Source: Candidatus Dojkabacteria bacterium HGW-Dojkabacteria-1
GTDB lineage: Bacteria > Patescibacteriota > Dojkabacteria > SC72
Direction of reading: 5' to 3'
DNA: 64,000 nucleotides
Assembly: GCA_002840365.1 (NCBI GenBank)
Contig: PHAO01000001.1
Location: forward strand, 85,101-149,100
Below, piece by piece: positions 11,093-20,415 of this stretch; the first letter of the stretch is position 1, and every line of letters starts with the position of its first letter. The notes below the pieces were generated by a model. It ran no database searches and was not told where the DNA came from. It saw nothing but the letters and a program-made list of their open reading frames with translations. Both the position numbers and the translations under genes were made by a program.

Positions 11093-11554
11093 TTAGATTG
11101 TTGAAACAATTTTAACCCAATTCTCCTTTAGCCATTTCTTAGAATCTTTGTATACGGGTAGTAGTTCTCTTTTCTCAAACTCTTTCTTTATGACATTACC
11201 TCTATGAGGATGTTTGTATATTTTATCAAGTGGAGAGTTAAAACCATGTGTATAGTGGCAGAGCTCATGAACAATTGTAGATTTTATAACATATTCGGGA
11301 ATAAAATCCTGTGAGAAATACTTTGTTAAAGTTATCAATGAAACAGTGTAATCTTCTAATTCCTGTTTCTGTATCTCCAACCTCTTTAGGTATCTGTTAA
11401 ATGTTCTTTCATCCTTTATCATCTTTATACTCCCTAACTGTCTCTTAGAGTATTTACCGTATTTAATAGCTACTATGTTAAGTCTAGGTACATCGCAAAA
11501 GTAATTTTCCCAAATGTCGTATAGTAAATTTTCTAAATATTTGTTGTCTCTCAT
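11093..11554 (-). CDS. SprT-like / DUF45 zinc metalloprotease
   Basis: …STIVHELCHYTHGFNS…HPHRGNVIKKEF matches the SprT signature HELxH…HG..(W/F)K. Confidence 0.55.
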   Translation of the reverse strand: MRDNKYLENLLYDIWENYFCDVPRLNIVAIKYGKYSKRQLGSIKMIKDERTFNRYLKRLEIQKQELEDYTVSLITLTKYFSQDFIPEYVIKSTIVHELCHYTHGFNSPLDKIYKHPHRGNVIKKEFEKRELLPVYKDSKKWLKENWVKIVSTI

Positions 11555-11570
11555 GTTATTATATTCCTAG

Positions 11571-13379
11571 ATGAAATCCATTATACAAGAAAAGATAAAA
11601 ACACTCTGGCATGTTGTAATATTTTTCTATGGAAGATACACAAAAGAGGTAGTATTAAGAGATTTGATTTTTGTTGGTGTAATTGTTGCAGAAATGATAG
11701 GAATTACAATCGCTGGTAAATTCTTAGATGCAACACTAGAAGTAATAAGGGCTTCTACAGGAGAATTTGATATTCAAGAGTATCTAGCAACAGACTCTTT
11801 CTACTTCCTTGCTATATCACTTTTACTTCTAATTGTTGTCATAGTAGGGAGAAATATTAGAGCTAATATTGCAGCCAATGTTGCTGACAAGGTTTGGAAA
11901 GATACGAGTCTTGAGGTTATGGGTAAGATTTCAAATACGAACTTACAAGATGTAGAGAAACCTAAGTTACAAAATCTAATAGACTTTATTCCTAACTACT
12001 CAATTACCAATATGCTTCTTTCATATGAGGCATTTTCTGCAATTGTATATCAAGTAGCAAGAGGAACTACCGCCTTTATTATCCTTTCTTCCCACTTAGG
12101 TTGGACCTCATTAATATTAATTCTCTTTGTTCTACCAGAGGTATTAATGTCTCATTTTAATAGGAAGAGAATACAGCTTTACGATGATAATCAAATGAGT
12201 AGATTGAAATTAACAAGCTATATCTATTTCACATTAGGAATGGATATTAGAAACTTCATGGAACTTAGAGTTGATAACACATATGATTTCCTTAAGAAAA
12301 GGTATCAAAAGGAAAGAGAGGAATATCTTGGAGGTCTTTTTGAAAGAAGAAAACACTTCACTATCGATAATACTTTCGGTTCTGTTTCAGGCCAGCTTTT
12401 TAAATATGTCTATGTAATATATTTAGTTGCTCATGTAATAATAAACAAGATAACCATTGGTACATTTAGTGCTCTTTTTAACTATGTTGAAGTAGTATAT
12501 TCAAGTGCACTTACAGCGCTTAACACATTTTCACTGCTTGATACTCATTTAGCATATGCATCTAAGTATTTTGAGTTTGTACATTACCAAGGTTTTGGAG
12601 ATGAAAAACAGGGTTTCGCAAAGTTAGGCAAAAAGGTACCTTCTTTAGCATTTAATAATTTAGATTTTGCATATCCTGATCAACCAGAAAGAAAAGTATT
12701 GGAGAATATTAATTTAGTTATTAAACCAGGTGAAAAGGTAGCATTCTTTGGAGGAGATGGTTCAGGAAAAAGTAGTTTGATAAAGATATTAACAGGGTTG
12801 TATGAAGTAACATCAGGAGACTATCAAATAGGAGAGTATTCAATTAGGGAATTAGCAAGAGGAGAGTTAAAGAGAAAAATGTCTGTTACTTTCCAAAACT
12901 ATGTTAACTACAACTTCAGTATTAGGGAAAATATAACTCTAACAAGTGAGAAGAAAAATATTGATATGGACCTATACAAGAAAGTAATCAAAATATGTGA
13001 GATTGATAGATTCATGAAGAAAGAGAATATTACAGACAAGCTAATACTTGGAAAATATCTAGACGGCAAAGAACTCTCTCCTGGATATTGGCAAAGATTA
13101 GCAATTGCAAGAATGCTTTACAGAAATAGGGACATATTTATAATGGATGAACCTTTCGCTTTTATAGATGCACCTTCTAGAGACTTTATCTTAAGAAATA
13201 TAATTGATTTTGTTGGGCCAAAAAGAACTTTAATACTCATAACAAGGGATACTGATATGCTAGATGAATTTGACAGAATATACATGTTTGATGATGGACA
13301 TATTGTAGAAGCAGGTAATTGGAGAGAGTTGATAAAGAGGAAGGGTAAGTTTTACAAAGAGGTAAAATTTAATCAGTAG
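11571..13379 (+). CDS. Fused ABC exporter (TM domain plus ATPase) with divergent signature and H-loop
   Basis: Six-TM N-terminal half. Walker A GGDGSGKSS and Walker B IFIMDEP are present. The ABC signature is LSPGYWQ instead of LSGGQ. An H-loop-like segment reads ILITRDT, with no histidine. Confidence 0.75.
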   Translation: MKSIIQEKIKTLWHVVIFFYGRYTKEVVLRDLIFVGVIVAEMIGITIAGKFLDATLEVIRASTGEFDIQEYLATDSFYFLAISLLLLIVVIVGRNIRANIAANVADKVWKDTSLEVMGKISNTNLQDVEKPKLQNLIDFIPNYSITNMLLSYEAFSAIVYQVARGTTAFIILSSHLGWTSLILILFVLPEVLMSHFNRKRIQLYDDNQMSRLKLTSYIYFTLGMDIRNFMELRVDNTYDFLKKRYQKEREEYLGGLFERRKHFTIDNTFGSVSGQLFKYVYVIYLVAHVIINKITIGTFSALFNYVEVVYSSALTALNTFSLLDTHLAYASKYFEFVHYQGFGDEKQGFAKLGKKVPSLAFNNLDFAYPDQPERKVLENINLVIKPGEKVAFFGGDGSGKSSLIKILTGLYEVTSGDYQIGEYSIRELARGELKRKMSVTFQNYVNYNFSIRENITLTSEKKNIDMDLYKKVIKICEIDRFMKKENITDKLILGKYLDGKELSPGYWQRLAIARMLYRNRDIFIMDEPFAFIDAPSRDFILRNIIDFVGPKRTLILITRDTDMLDEFDRIYMFDDGHIVEAGNWRELIKRKGKFYKEVKFNQ

Positions 13380-13445
13380 TATTTAGCAAATATCTATAAT
13401 ATCCTGTAAAATATCCATCAAGAAATAATTGTTAATGTAAAGAGC

Positions 13446-14303
13446 ATGATTCTACTCGATGGTAAAGCTGTATCCCAAAAGATATTAAAAAGTCTTAAGT
13501 CCCAAATAGATGGATATATAGATATTGGCTCTAGGGTTCCTAGGTTGGATATAATAATCGTAGGAGATGACTATGCTAGTAAGAAATATGTAAGTATGAA
13601 AGAGAAGAGAGCTTTAGAGTTAGGAATTAAAGCAGTAATACATGAGTTTGATTCTAAGGTTGATGAAGAAGAGATTGTTGAATTAATAGAGAAATTAAAT
13701 AGTGATAGTAGGGTTGATGGTTTAATGGTTCAATTACCACTTCCAAAAGGTTTCAATACTCAAAGGATATTAGAAAAAATATCTCCTCAAAAAGATGTAG
13801 ATGGTCTTACTTCTTCTAACTTGGGTAAACTTTTTAAAAATGAAGAAGGTGCAATTGCTCCTGCAACTGCTAAGGGAGTATTAAAACTTTTAGAAGAATA
13901 TGAGATAGAAATTGATGGTGTAAATGCTGTTGTTGTTGGTAGGAGTGAAATCGTAGGACTACCTACTGCCGCAATGCTACAAAACAGTAATGCTACAGTA
14001 ACAATATGTCACTCACACACTAAGAATCTAAAAGATATTACTAAAAATGCAGATATACTTGTTGTAGGAATAGGCAGGGCTGAATATATAGATAAATCAT
14101 ATATAAAAGAAGATGCAGTAGTAGTTGATATTGGTACAAATCTCAATCAAGAGGGGAAATTAGTAGGTGATGTGAAGTTTGGTAGTGTAAAGAAAGTCGC
14201 TGGATATATTACTCCAGTACCTGGTGGTATTGGCCCTATGACAATTGCATCCCTTCTTCTTAATTTGTTTGAGATATATGAAAAGAATGTCAAAAAATAC
14301 TAA
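13446..14303 (+). CDS. folD: Methylene-THF dehydrogenase/cyclohydrolase FolD
   Basis: …VVVGRSEIVGLPTAAML…PVPGGIGPMT… motifs; 285 aa. Confidence 0.9.
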   Translation: MILLDGKAVSQKILKSLKSQIDGYIDIGSRVPRLDIIIVGDDYASKKYVSMKEKRALELGIKAVIHEFDSKVDEEEIVELIEKLNSDSRVDGLMVQLPLPKGFNTQRILEKISPQKDVDGLTSSNLGKLFKNEEGAIAPATAKGVLKLLEEYEIEIDGVNAVVVGRSEIVGLPTAAMLQNSNATVTICHSHTKNLKDITKNADILVVGIGRAEYIDKSYIKEDAVVVDIGTNLNQEGKLVGDVKFGSVKKVAGYITPVPGGIGPMTIASLLLNLFEIYEKNVKKY

Positions 14304-15516
14304 GGACAAAATATTCGAATATATTAATGAAGAATCGAAAAGGCAGATTGAGGGGATAGAATTAATAGCTTCTGAAAACTATGTTAGTGAAGATGTCCTT
14401 AAAGCAATGGGAAGCATTCTTACCAACAAGTATTCTGAAGGATACCCTGATAAAAGATATTACGGTGGTAATGAATACATTGATATGGTTGAAAAGGAGT
14501 GTATTAAAAGGGCAAAAGATCTCTTTAAAGCAGAGCATGTAAATGTTCAACCATATTCTGGTTCTCCTGCGAATCTTGCTGTTCACTTAGCTTTTCTACA
14601 ACCAGGAGATAGGACAATGGGAATGGATTTAGCTGCTGGTGGCCATCTAACACATGGGTTTAAGGTCTCTATCAGTGGAAAGTATTACAACTCAGTAAGC
14701 TATGGAGTAAATGATCAAGGATATATTGATTATGATGAAGTAAGAAAGTTGGCTAATGAACATAAGCCAAAATTAATTTGGAGTGGTTTCTCTGCATATT
14801 CTAGAATAGTTGACTGGAATGAGTTTAGAAAGATATCTGATGAAGTAGGAGCCATATTTGTTGCAGACATTGCACATGTTGCAGGTTTAATAGCTGCTAA
14901 TGAATACCCGTCTCCTATTGGTATTGCAGATGTAGTTACAACTACAACGCACAAAACGCTAAGAGGGCCTCGAGGAGCTATGATTCTTTGCAAAGAAGAA
15001 TATGGTGAGGTAATAGACAAAGCAGTATTCCCTGGCCTTCAGGGAGGTCCACATAACCACACTACAGCTGGTATTGCTATTGCACTCAAAGAGGCAATGA
15101 GCCCAAAGTTTAAAGAATATTCTAAGCAAGTAATACTGAACTCTCAAACCTTGGCTAATGAACTTATGAAGAAAGGTTTTAAGATAGTATCTGGTGGTAC
15201 AGACAATCATCTTTTCCTTATGGACACAGTCAGTAGTGTTAATCTCAGTGGTAAAGAGGCATCAGATATCTTAGAAGATGTGAATATTACTGTAAACAAA
15301 AACGCTATACCAAATGATCCTCGAAAACCATGGGATCCTTCAGGTATTAGAATTGGTACTCCTGCAATAACAACAAGAGGATTTAAAGAAAAAGACATGT
15401 TGTTTGTCGCAGAGATAATATCTATGGCACTTAAGAAAGAGAGTGATTTAAAAACTTTAAAATCTAAGGTAAAAGATTACACGAAAGATTTCCCTATCCC
15501 AGGGATAACAACATAA
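14278..15516 (+). CDS. glyA: Serine hydroxymethyltransferase GlyA
   Basis: ELIASENYVS and SEGYPDKRYYGG motifs; PLP-lysine context TTTTHKTLRGPRG. The ORF-track start at 14245 overlaps folD. An ATG at 14278 or 14287 (MKRMSKN / MSKN) is the more plausible start. Confidence 0.9.
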   Translation: MKRMSKNTKDKIFEYINEESKRQIEGIELIASENYVSEDVLKAMGSILTNKYSEGYPDKRYYGGNEYIDMVEKECIKRAKDLFKAEHVNVQPYSGSPANLAVHLAFLQPGDRTMGMDLAAGGHLTHGFKVSISGKYYNSVSYGVNDQGYIDYDEVRKLANEHKPKLIWSGFSAYSRIVDWNEFRKISDEVGAIFVADIAHVAGLIAANEYPSPIGIADVVTTTTHKTLRGPRGAMILCKEEYGEVIDKAVFPGLQGGPHNHTTAGIAIALKEAMSPKFKEYSKQVILNSQTLANELMKKGFKIVSGGTDNHLFLMDTVSSVNLSGKEASDILEDVNITVNKNAIPNDPRKPWDPSGIRIGTPAITTRGFKEKDMLFVAEIISMALKKESDLKTLKSKVKDYTKDFPIPGITT

Positions 15517-15533
15517 ATTAATGTCTTAACTAC

Positions 15534-17129
15534 ATGAAGGGAACCTTTAGAAAAGATTTACAGATAGCATCTGTAAGATCAGAATCAGTATGGAACAAAT
15601 TCAAAGTTCATACACTTTTACAAAACCCCTCACAAAAACAACCCTCTATTAATGCATACTTAGGAGCTAGGTATAGTAGATCTTCAGACTCAATTGTAGA
15701 CATTGCAAAAGAAATTATTGAAAACAACACAGATGCAGCGGATAGATTAGAAAAAATATTTCATGGATATGGTCATAAGTCTGTAGGGGATATGGCAGAT
15801 CTTTTTGTCTGTATTGAGAATATCCCTATGTTTACTGCAATGAAAATCTTCTATCTCAACTCTGTAATCTCTGGTCAAGAGAGATCTACAAGGTATCAGA
15901 ATTTCGAAAGTCCAGAGTTTGTAAAAATTCCTAAAGACCTATGTAAAGACACTGAGATAAGAAAGGAATATGACAGGATAATGCTTAAACAGATGGCAGA
16001 TTATAGAAATCTTTTAAAAAAGACGAAATTAGTTTTAAAAGAAAATTTTAAAATAAATGAAGAGAATCAATCAGAAGTATCTGCATGGAAATCAAGAAGC
16101 TTTGATGTAGCAAGGTACTTACTACCGTATGGATTACAAACTAGTCTTGCAGCTGTAATGTCTGCAAGAAATTGGTCAGAATTAATAGCCTACTTTAATG
16201 CAAATGATAGTGTTGTAGATAATGAAGTTGCTAATCTCCTTATGAATCTTCTGGGAGAATCTAATGTAGAGATTAGAGGATATGTAAGAGAAGCAGATGG
16301 GTTGATAAGGCACACAGATGCAAATTGTTGTAGAAGAAATTCAACTAAATCAATATTACAATATCTTGAAAGTAAAATTTCACAACAGAAAAGATACGAA
16401 AGTAATGGGTGTGAGATTGATTCATGTAAGATTACTTACAATACGAACCCCATAGAAGCAATGGTAACTCACTACGAGCTTTTACTTAATCCTTTGGGCA
16501 GTAAGGATGAATTAGAGTTTGATGAACAGGATGAGATAGCATTAGGAGAAAAGATATTTGAAAATCATGACCATCATAACTTACTAGGTAATATTGGTCA
16601 AAGCGGAGCTATAAAGATAGAGGGTATGGCTACTTTGGGAACATTAAAAGATTTAAACAGGCACAGAAGTTTAGAAAGATACATGCCAATATTTCATGAT
16701 AATATGAATATTGACAATGAGCTAGAAAGAGACGATAAAGAGTGTTTCTTCCTTTGTAACTATTTAGAACTAAAAGGTTTTGAGAAACTTAGAAAAGAAT
16801 ATGAAGAAGCCTTAAGTGAAACATACAAGATGATAAAGAACTGGAGAAGAGTCTCTAAGCAATTTATGTCCGAAGAAGTATCCTCTGAATACACAAAATA
16901 TCTACTACCACATGCTCATAGTACAAAATACTGTTTCTATGGCTCCTTCGATGATTTACAATATACAATCAATTTAAGAGTAAGAAGAGGTGGGCATATT
17001 GCATATAGAGTTTTAGTCTATAAATGGTTAGAATTACTTAGAGAGCTAGATCCAATCTGGAAACCATTACTAAATAATTCTGAGAAACCAGATGCTAAAT
17101 CAAAATCACAGTTTGTTGATAGAAGTTAA
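15534..17129 (+). CDS. thyX: Long (tandem-type) ThyX-like flavin-dependent thymidylate synthase
   Basis: Second half carries RHRSLERY (ThyX RHR motif). First half carries SGQERSTRY, which resembles S-QxSQRY. At 531 aa it is about twice a canonical ThyX. It lies between glyA and dcd. Confidence 0.45.
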   Translation: MKGTFRKDLQIASVRSESVWNKFKVHTLLQNPSQKQPSINAYLGARYSRSSDSIVDIAKEIIENNTDAADRLEKIFHGYGHKSVGDMADLFVCIENIPMFTAMKIFYLNSVISGQERSTRYQNFESPEFVKIPKDLCKDTEIRKEYDRIMLKQMADYRNLLKKTKLVLKENFKINEENQSEVSAWKSRSFDVARYLLPYGLQTSLAAVMSARNWSELIAYFNANDSVVDNEVANLLMNLLGESNVEIRGYVREADGLIRHTDANCCRRNSTKSILQYLESKISQQKRYESNGCEIDSCKITYNTNPIEAMVTHYELLLNPLGSKDELEFDEQDEIALGEKIFENHDHHNLLGNIGQSGAIKIEGMATLGTLKDLNRHRSLERYMPIFHDNMNIDNELERDDKECFFLCNYLELKGFEKLRKEYEEALSETYKMIKNWRRVSKQFMSEEVSSEYTKYLLPHAHSTKYCFYGSFDDLQYTINLRVRRGGHIAYRVLVYKWLELLRELDPIWKPLLNNSEKPDAKSKSQFVDRS

Positions 17130-17146
17130 TATATAAGAATAAAGAA

Positions 17147-17707
17147 ATGATACTCTCAGATAGAACTTTAAAAGCAAAAATACAAAGTGGGGAGATTAGT
17201 ATAGAACCCTTCTCTGACGAATTTGTACAACCAGCATCATATGATCTGCACTTGGATAAAAACATACTGGTGTTTGATACCGAAAAACATAAATTAATTG
17301 ATGTTAAGAAACCAGTAGAAGACCTTATGAAAAAAATAGAGATAAATGATATATCTGGATATACACTTGAACCAGGGGAATTTGTATTAGCAAATGTCAA
17401 AGAAGTTACAGGAGTTGATAACAAGCATGTAGGTAGATTAGAGGGAAAGAGTTCTTTAGCTAGAATGGGATTAATAATACATGCTACTGCAGGATTTCTT
17501 GACCCAGGTAATAAATTAAGATTAACATTAGAAATAGCGAATCTCTCTCCACTGCCTATCCGTATATATGAAAATATGAAGATAGCACAAATAGCATTTG
17601 AACAATTGGATAGAGATTGTGAAAGACCATATGGTAGTTCGGGCTTAAATAGTAAGTACAAGGGTGACATGACTGTTCAAGCAAGTAAGATGTGGAAGAA
17701 TTTCTAA
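17147..17707 (+). CDS. dcd: dCTP deaminase (dUTPase-fold)
   Basis: MILSDRTLK… start; …GFLDPGNKLRLTLEIANLSP…; 186 aa. Confidence 0.85.
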   Translation: MILSDRTLKAKIQSGEISIEPFSDEFVQPASYDLHLDKNILVFDTEKHKLIDVKKPVEDLMKKIEINDISGYTLEPGEFVLANVKEVTGVDNKHVGRLEGKSSLARMGLIIHATAGFLDPGNKLRLTLEIANLSPLPIRIYENMKIAQIAFEQLDRDCERPYGSSGLNSKYKGDMTVQASKMWKNF

Positions 17708-17718
17708 ATTAAGTATAT

Positions 17719-19014
17719 TTGAAGATGTTTGAAGAAATAAGGAAAGAGTTTCCAATAATTAGAGGTTCAAGATTTGGTAAAAAACTTGTATATCTTGATA
17801 GTGCTGCTACTACGCAAAAACCTGAGTTTGTAATAGATAGATTGAAGAAATATTACGAAACAGAGAATGCCAATATTCATAGAGGCCCATATGACCTTTC
17901 TTTGGAGGGTACAAAGCTTTGGGAATGGGCTCATGAAAAAGTAGCATCCTTTATCAATGCAGACTCATACAAAGAGATAATCTTTGTAAGAAATACCACA
18001 GAAGGTCTTAATCTTTTAGTAAATACAGTAGGAAGAAAGCTTCTTACAAAGGATGATATTGTAGTGGTTAGTGAAATGGAACATCACAGTAATATTGTTT
18101 CTTGGATGATATTACAGAAGGAAATACCATTTAAAATTGAATATATACCTATAAAAGAAGAGTATTCTTTGGATATAGATTGGTTCAAGAAATTAATAGA
18201 GAAAGAGGGAGAAAATATTAAGATTGTATCTTTGGTACATATATCAAATGTATTAGGGGTTAAAAATGATGTAGAGGAGATATTTAAAATAGCAAAGAAG
18301 AATAACTCCTTTACTATGCTTGATGCAGCTCAAAGTATTGTTCATTGTAAAGTAGATGTAAAAGAGATTGGGTGTGATGCACTTACATTCTCTGGTCATA
18401 AAGCATATGCACCTACAGGTACTGGAGCGGTATATTGTAAACAAAAATATTTAGAAGAACTAACTCCTTGGATGGGTGGAGGTGAGATGATTTCTTCTGT
18501 GTCTTTCAAAGATTTCGAATACAATGAACTACCTTGGAAATTCGAAGCAGGTACTCCTGATATTGGTGGTGGTATTGTTTTGGGATACGCGATAGAGTGG
18601 TTTGAAAAAGCATTGGAAAGTGTTGGAGGATGGGAGAGTTTAATAAAGCATGAGCAAGATTTAACGGAATTTTTCTTCAAACAGTTTGATGGAATAGGGT
18701 GGTTTAAACCTTTTGGTCCAAGAGATTCCTCTAGAAAATATGGTGCTATAGCTTTCCACATAGAAGGTTTTACATTTAGAGGATGTAAGAATATCTTCAA
18801 TATAGAAACCAATAGAGATGGATCAGGTATTAGTAATTTCCTAAATGAAAAGGGTATTGCCTTTAGAGAGGGCTATCACTGTGCAGAGCCTTTACATGAC
18901 AAATTGTGTGTAGGACCAAGTTTAAGATTTAGTCTTGCAATATATACCAACGAAGAGGATTTGAAGTATGCTGCTAATATGCTAAAGCAAGCAGTATTAC
19001 AAGGATTAAACTAG
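17719..19014 (+). CDS. Class V aminotransferase / cysteine desulfurase (SufS/CsdA-like)
   Basis: VYLDSAATTQKP…NIHRGPY…; PLP-lysine context FSGHKAY; C-terminal active-site HCAEP. Confidence 0.75.
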   Translation: MKMFEEIRKEFPIIRGSRFGKKLVYLDSAATTQKPEFVIDRLKKYYETENANIHRGPYDLSLEGTKLWEWAHEKVASFINADSYKEIIFVRNTTEGLNLLVNTVGRKLLTKDDIVVVSEMEHHSNIVSWMILQKEIPFKIEYIPIKEEYSLDIDWFKKLIEKEGENIKIVSLVHISNVLGVKNDVEEIFKIAKKNNSFTMLDAAQSIVHCKVDVKEIGCDALTFSGHKAYAPTGTGAVYCKQKYLEELTPWMGGGEMISSVSFKDFEYNELPWKFEAGTPDIGGGIVLGYAIEWFEKALESVGGWESLIKHEQDLTEFFFKQFDGIGWFKPFGPRDSSRKYGAIAFHIEGFTFRGCKNIFNIETNRDGSGISNFLNEKGIAFREGYHCAEPLHDKLCVGPSLRFSLAIYTNEEDLKYAANMLKQAVLQGLN

Positions 19015-19039
19015 CTTCTTTTATGTGATATATTGAGAT

Positions 19040-20194
19040 ATGGATTTAACAAATGCCCCAAAAAATATTCCTTCTGATGATGTTGCTCAAAAAAGTATTC
19101 TAGCTGAAGTAGTAGAACTTCAAAACAAGCTAAGCAATTCAAATGCTCCTATTGAGTTAAAGGAAGATGCAATGAGAACTATAGAGAGGTTGGAAAGGAT
19201 GGCTAAGTGGGGTAACTACAGTTCTGAGTTTGAAAGTGTAGATAAGTATGTAGATTGGATTACAAGAATTCCTTGGGGTGCTCTCTCTGAGGACAATTTG
19301 GATATTAACAATGCAAAACAGTTAATGGATTCTACCCACTATGGTATGGATACCATTAAGAACCTTATCCTAGACTACCTTGCTGTAATGCAGTTGCAGA
19401 AAATGACAGGAAGAAACTCTTCAAATATAGAAAGTAACATGGCTAATCTTAGAGGTTCTTCTGCTAATGCTCCTGTGCTTCTTTTTCTTGGATTACAAGG
19501 TGTAGGTAAAACCTCTATTGCAAAATCCATTGCACAATCAATGGGTAGAAAGTTTGCAAGAGTATCTTTAGGTGCGATAGGGGATGTAAGAACCTTAAGA
19601 GGCACTCCGAGACATGAGATAGATGCAGAGCCAGGGCAAATAGTTAAGGCATTAATTAGGACTCAAAGTATGAATCCTGTTATCCTTATCGATGAAATCG
19701 AAAAAGCTAGTGGTAATGCAGGTTTACTTAATGACGTTATGGCAGCACTACTTGAAATTTTGGATCCAGAACAGAATGCTACTTTTGTTGATCACTATGT
19801 TGATCATCCTGTAGATCTTTCTCAGGTATTCTTCATTTGTACAGCTAATAATCTGGGAGGGTTATCTGCTGCTTTACTCGATAGGGTTGAGATAATTAGG
19901 TTTACAAGCTATTCAGATGAAGAAAAAGAGGTAATAGCTAAGCAGTATATTCTTCCGAAGGTGTTAAAGAATATGGGTTTAACTCAAGAGCATATACAGA
20001 TACAAGATAGTGTATGGCCATTACTTATTCGTCCAGTAGGTTTTGATGCCGGTATTAGGCAGCTAGAGAGAAATATTGCAACTTTAACTAGGAGCGCAGC
20101 AAGGCAAATAGTTGGAGGTCACCCTACACCAATATCGATTACACCCGAGAATGTAAAAGAATATGTACTTCCTGACCAAGGACCATTGAGTTAA
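19040..20194 (+). CDS. Lon-like AAA+ ATPase module without the S16 protease domain
   Basis: YVDWITRIPWG, GLQGVGKTSIAKSIA, NPVILIDEIEK, LLEILDPEQNATFVDHY and CTANN…LLDRVEIIRF align to the Lon ATPase core. The protein is 384 aa and ends about 50 residues after sensor 2. No protease frame follows. Confidence 0.7.
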   Translation: MDLTNAPKNIPSDDVAQKSILAEVVELQNKLSNSNAPIELKEDAMRTIERLERMAKWGNYSSEFESVDKYVDWITRIPWGALSEDNLDINNAKQLMDSTHYGMDTIKNLILDYLAVMQLQKMTGRNSSNIESNMANLRGSSANAPVLLFLGLQGVGKTSIAKSIAQSMGRKFARVSLGAIGDVRTLRGTPRHEIDAEPGQIVKALIRTQSMNPVILIDEIEKASGNAGLLNDVMAALLEILDPEQNATFVDHYVDHPVDLSQVFFICTANNLGGLSAALLDRVEIIRFTSYSDEEKEVIAKQYILPKVLKNMGLTQEHIQIQDSVWPLLIRPVGFDAGIRQLERNIATLTRSAARQIVGGHPTPISITPENVKEYVLPDQGPLS

Positions 20195-20415
20195 TATCCC
20201 TTAAATGGGTTTGTTAATTGAAGAGCTTTCATTACTCTTGAGAGATTAGGATTTCGTACTCCTCTAGATAGGTCTGTTCTAAGCTTGGTCTTGGTTTCTT
20301 GTTTTTCAAGAAGTTTCAAATCATTACCAAGCTTCTCTTGAGGAATCTGTTTAATATCAACAGCCTCAGTTACAAGATATTTTCTTATTTCATTGTTGTT
20401 ATTGGTTGTCGTCAT
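20191..20415 (-). CDS. Small hypothetical protein translationally coupled to the virB4-like gene
   Basis: 74-aa ORF whose ATG overlaps the virB4-like stop (20399..20415). No recognised domain. Confidence 0.3.
   Translation of the reverse strand: MTTTNNNNEIRKYLVTEAVDIKQIPQEKLGNDLKLLEKQETKTKLRTDLSRGVRNPNLSRVMKALQLTNPFKGY

Noticed and set aside
10901-11104. 67-aa ORF on the plus strand overlapping the GIY-YIG-like gene
   Set aside because: It is an alternate frame of the same region. The 102-aa frame starting at 10774 directly follows the small basic ORF and carries the motif-bearing sequence.
14245-14286. ORF-track start of glyA at 14245
   Set aside because: This start would overlap folD by 59 nt. 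Conserved GlyA sequence begins after the ATG at 14278/14287, so the shorter start is preferred.
17095-17670. 191-aa ORF on the minus strand
   Set aside because: It is antisense to dcd, whose dCTP-deaminase motifs are clear on the plus strand. The spurious frame is preferred over nothing only by the ORF finder.
20195-20400. Possible frameshifted Lon protease (S16) domain downstream of the Lon-like ATPase
   Set aside because: Only about 200 nt remain before the convergent virB4-like gene. None of the three frames yields Lon_C-like sequence (no catalytic Ser-Lys dyad context).
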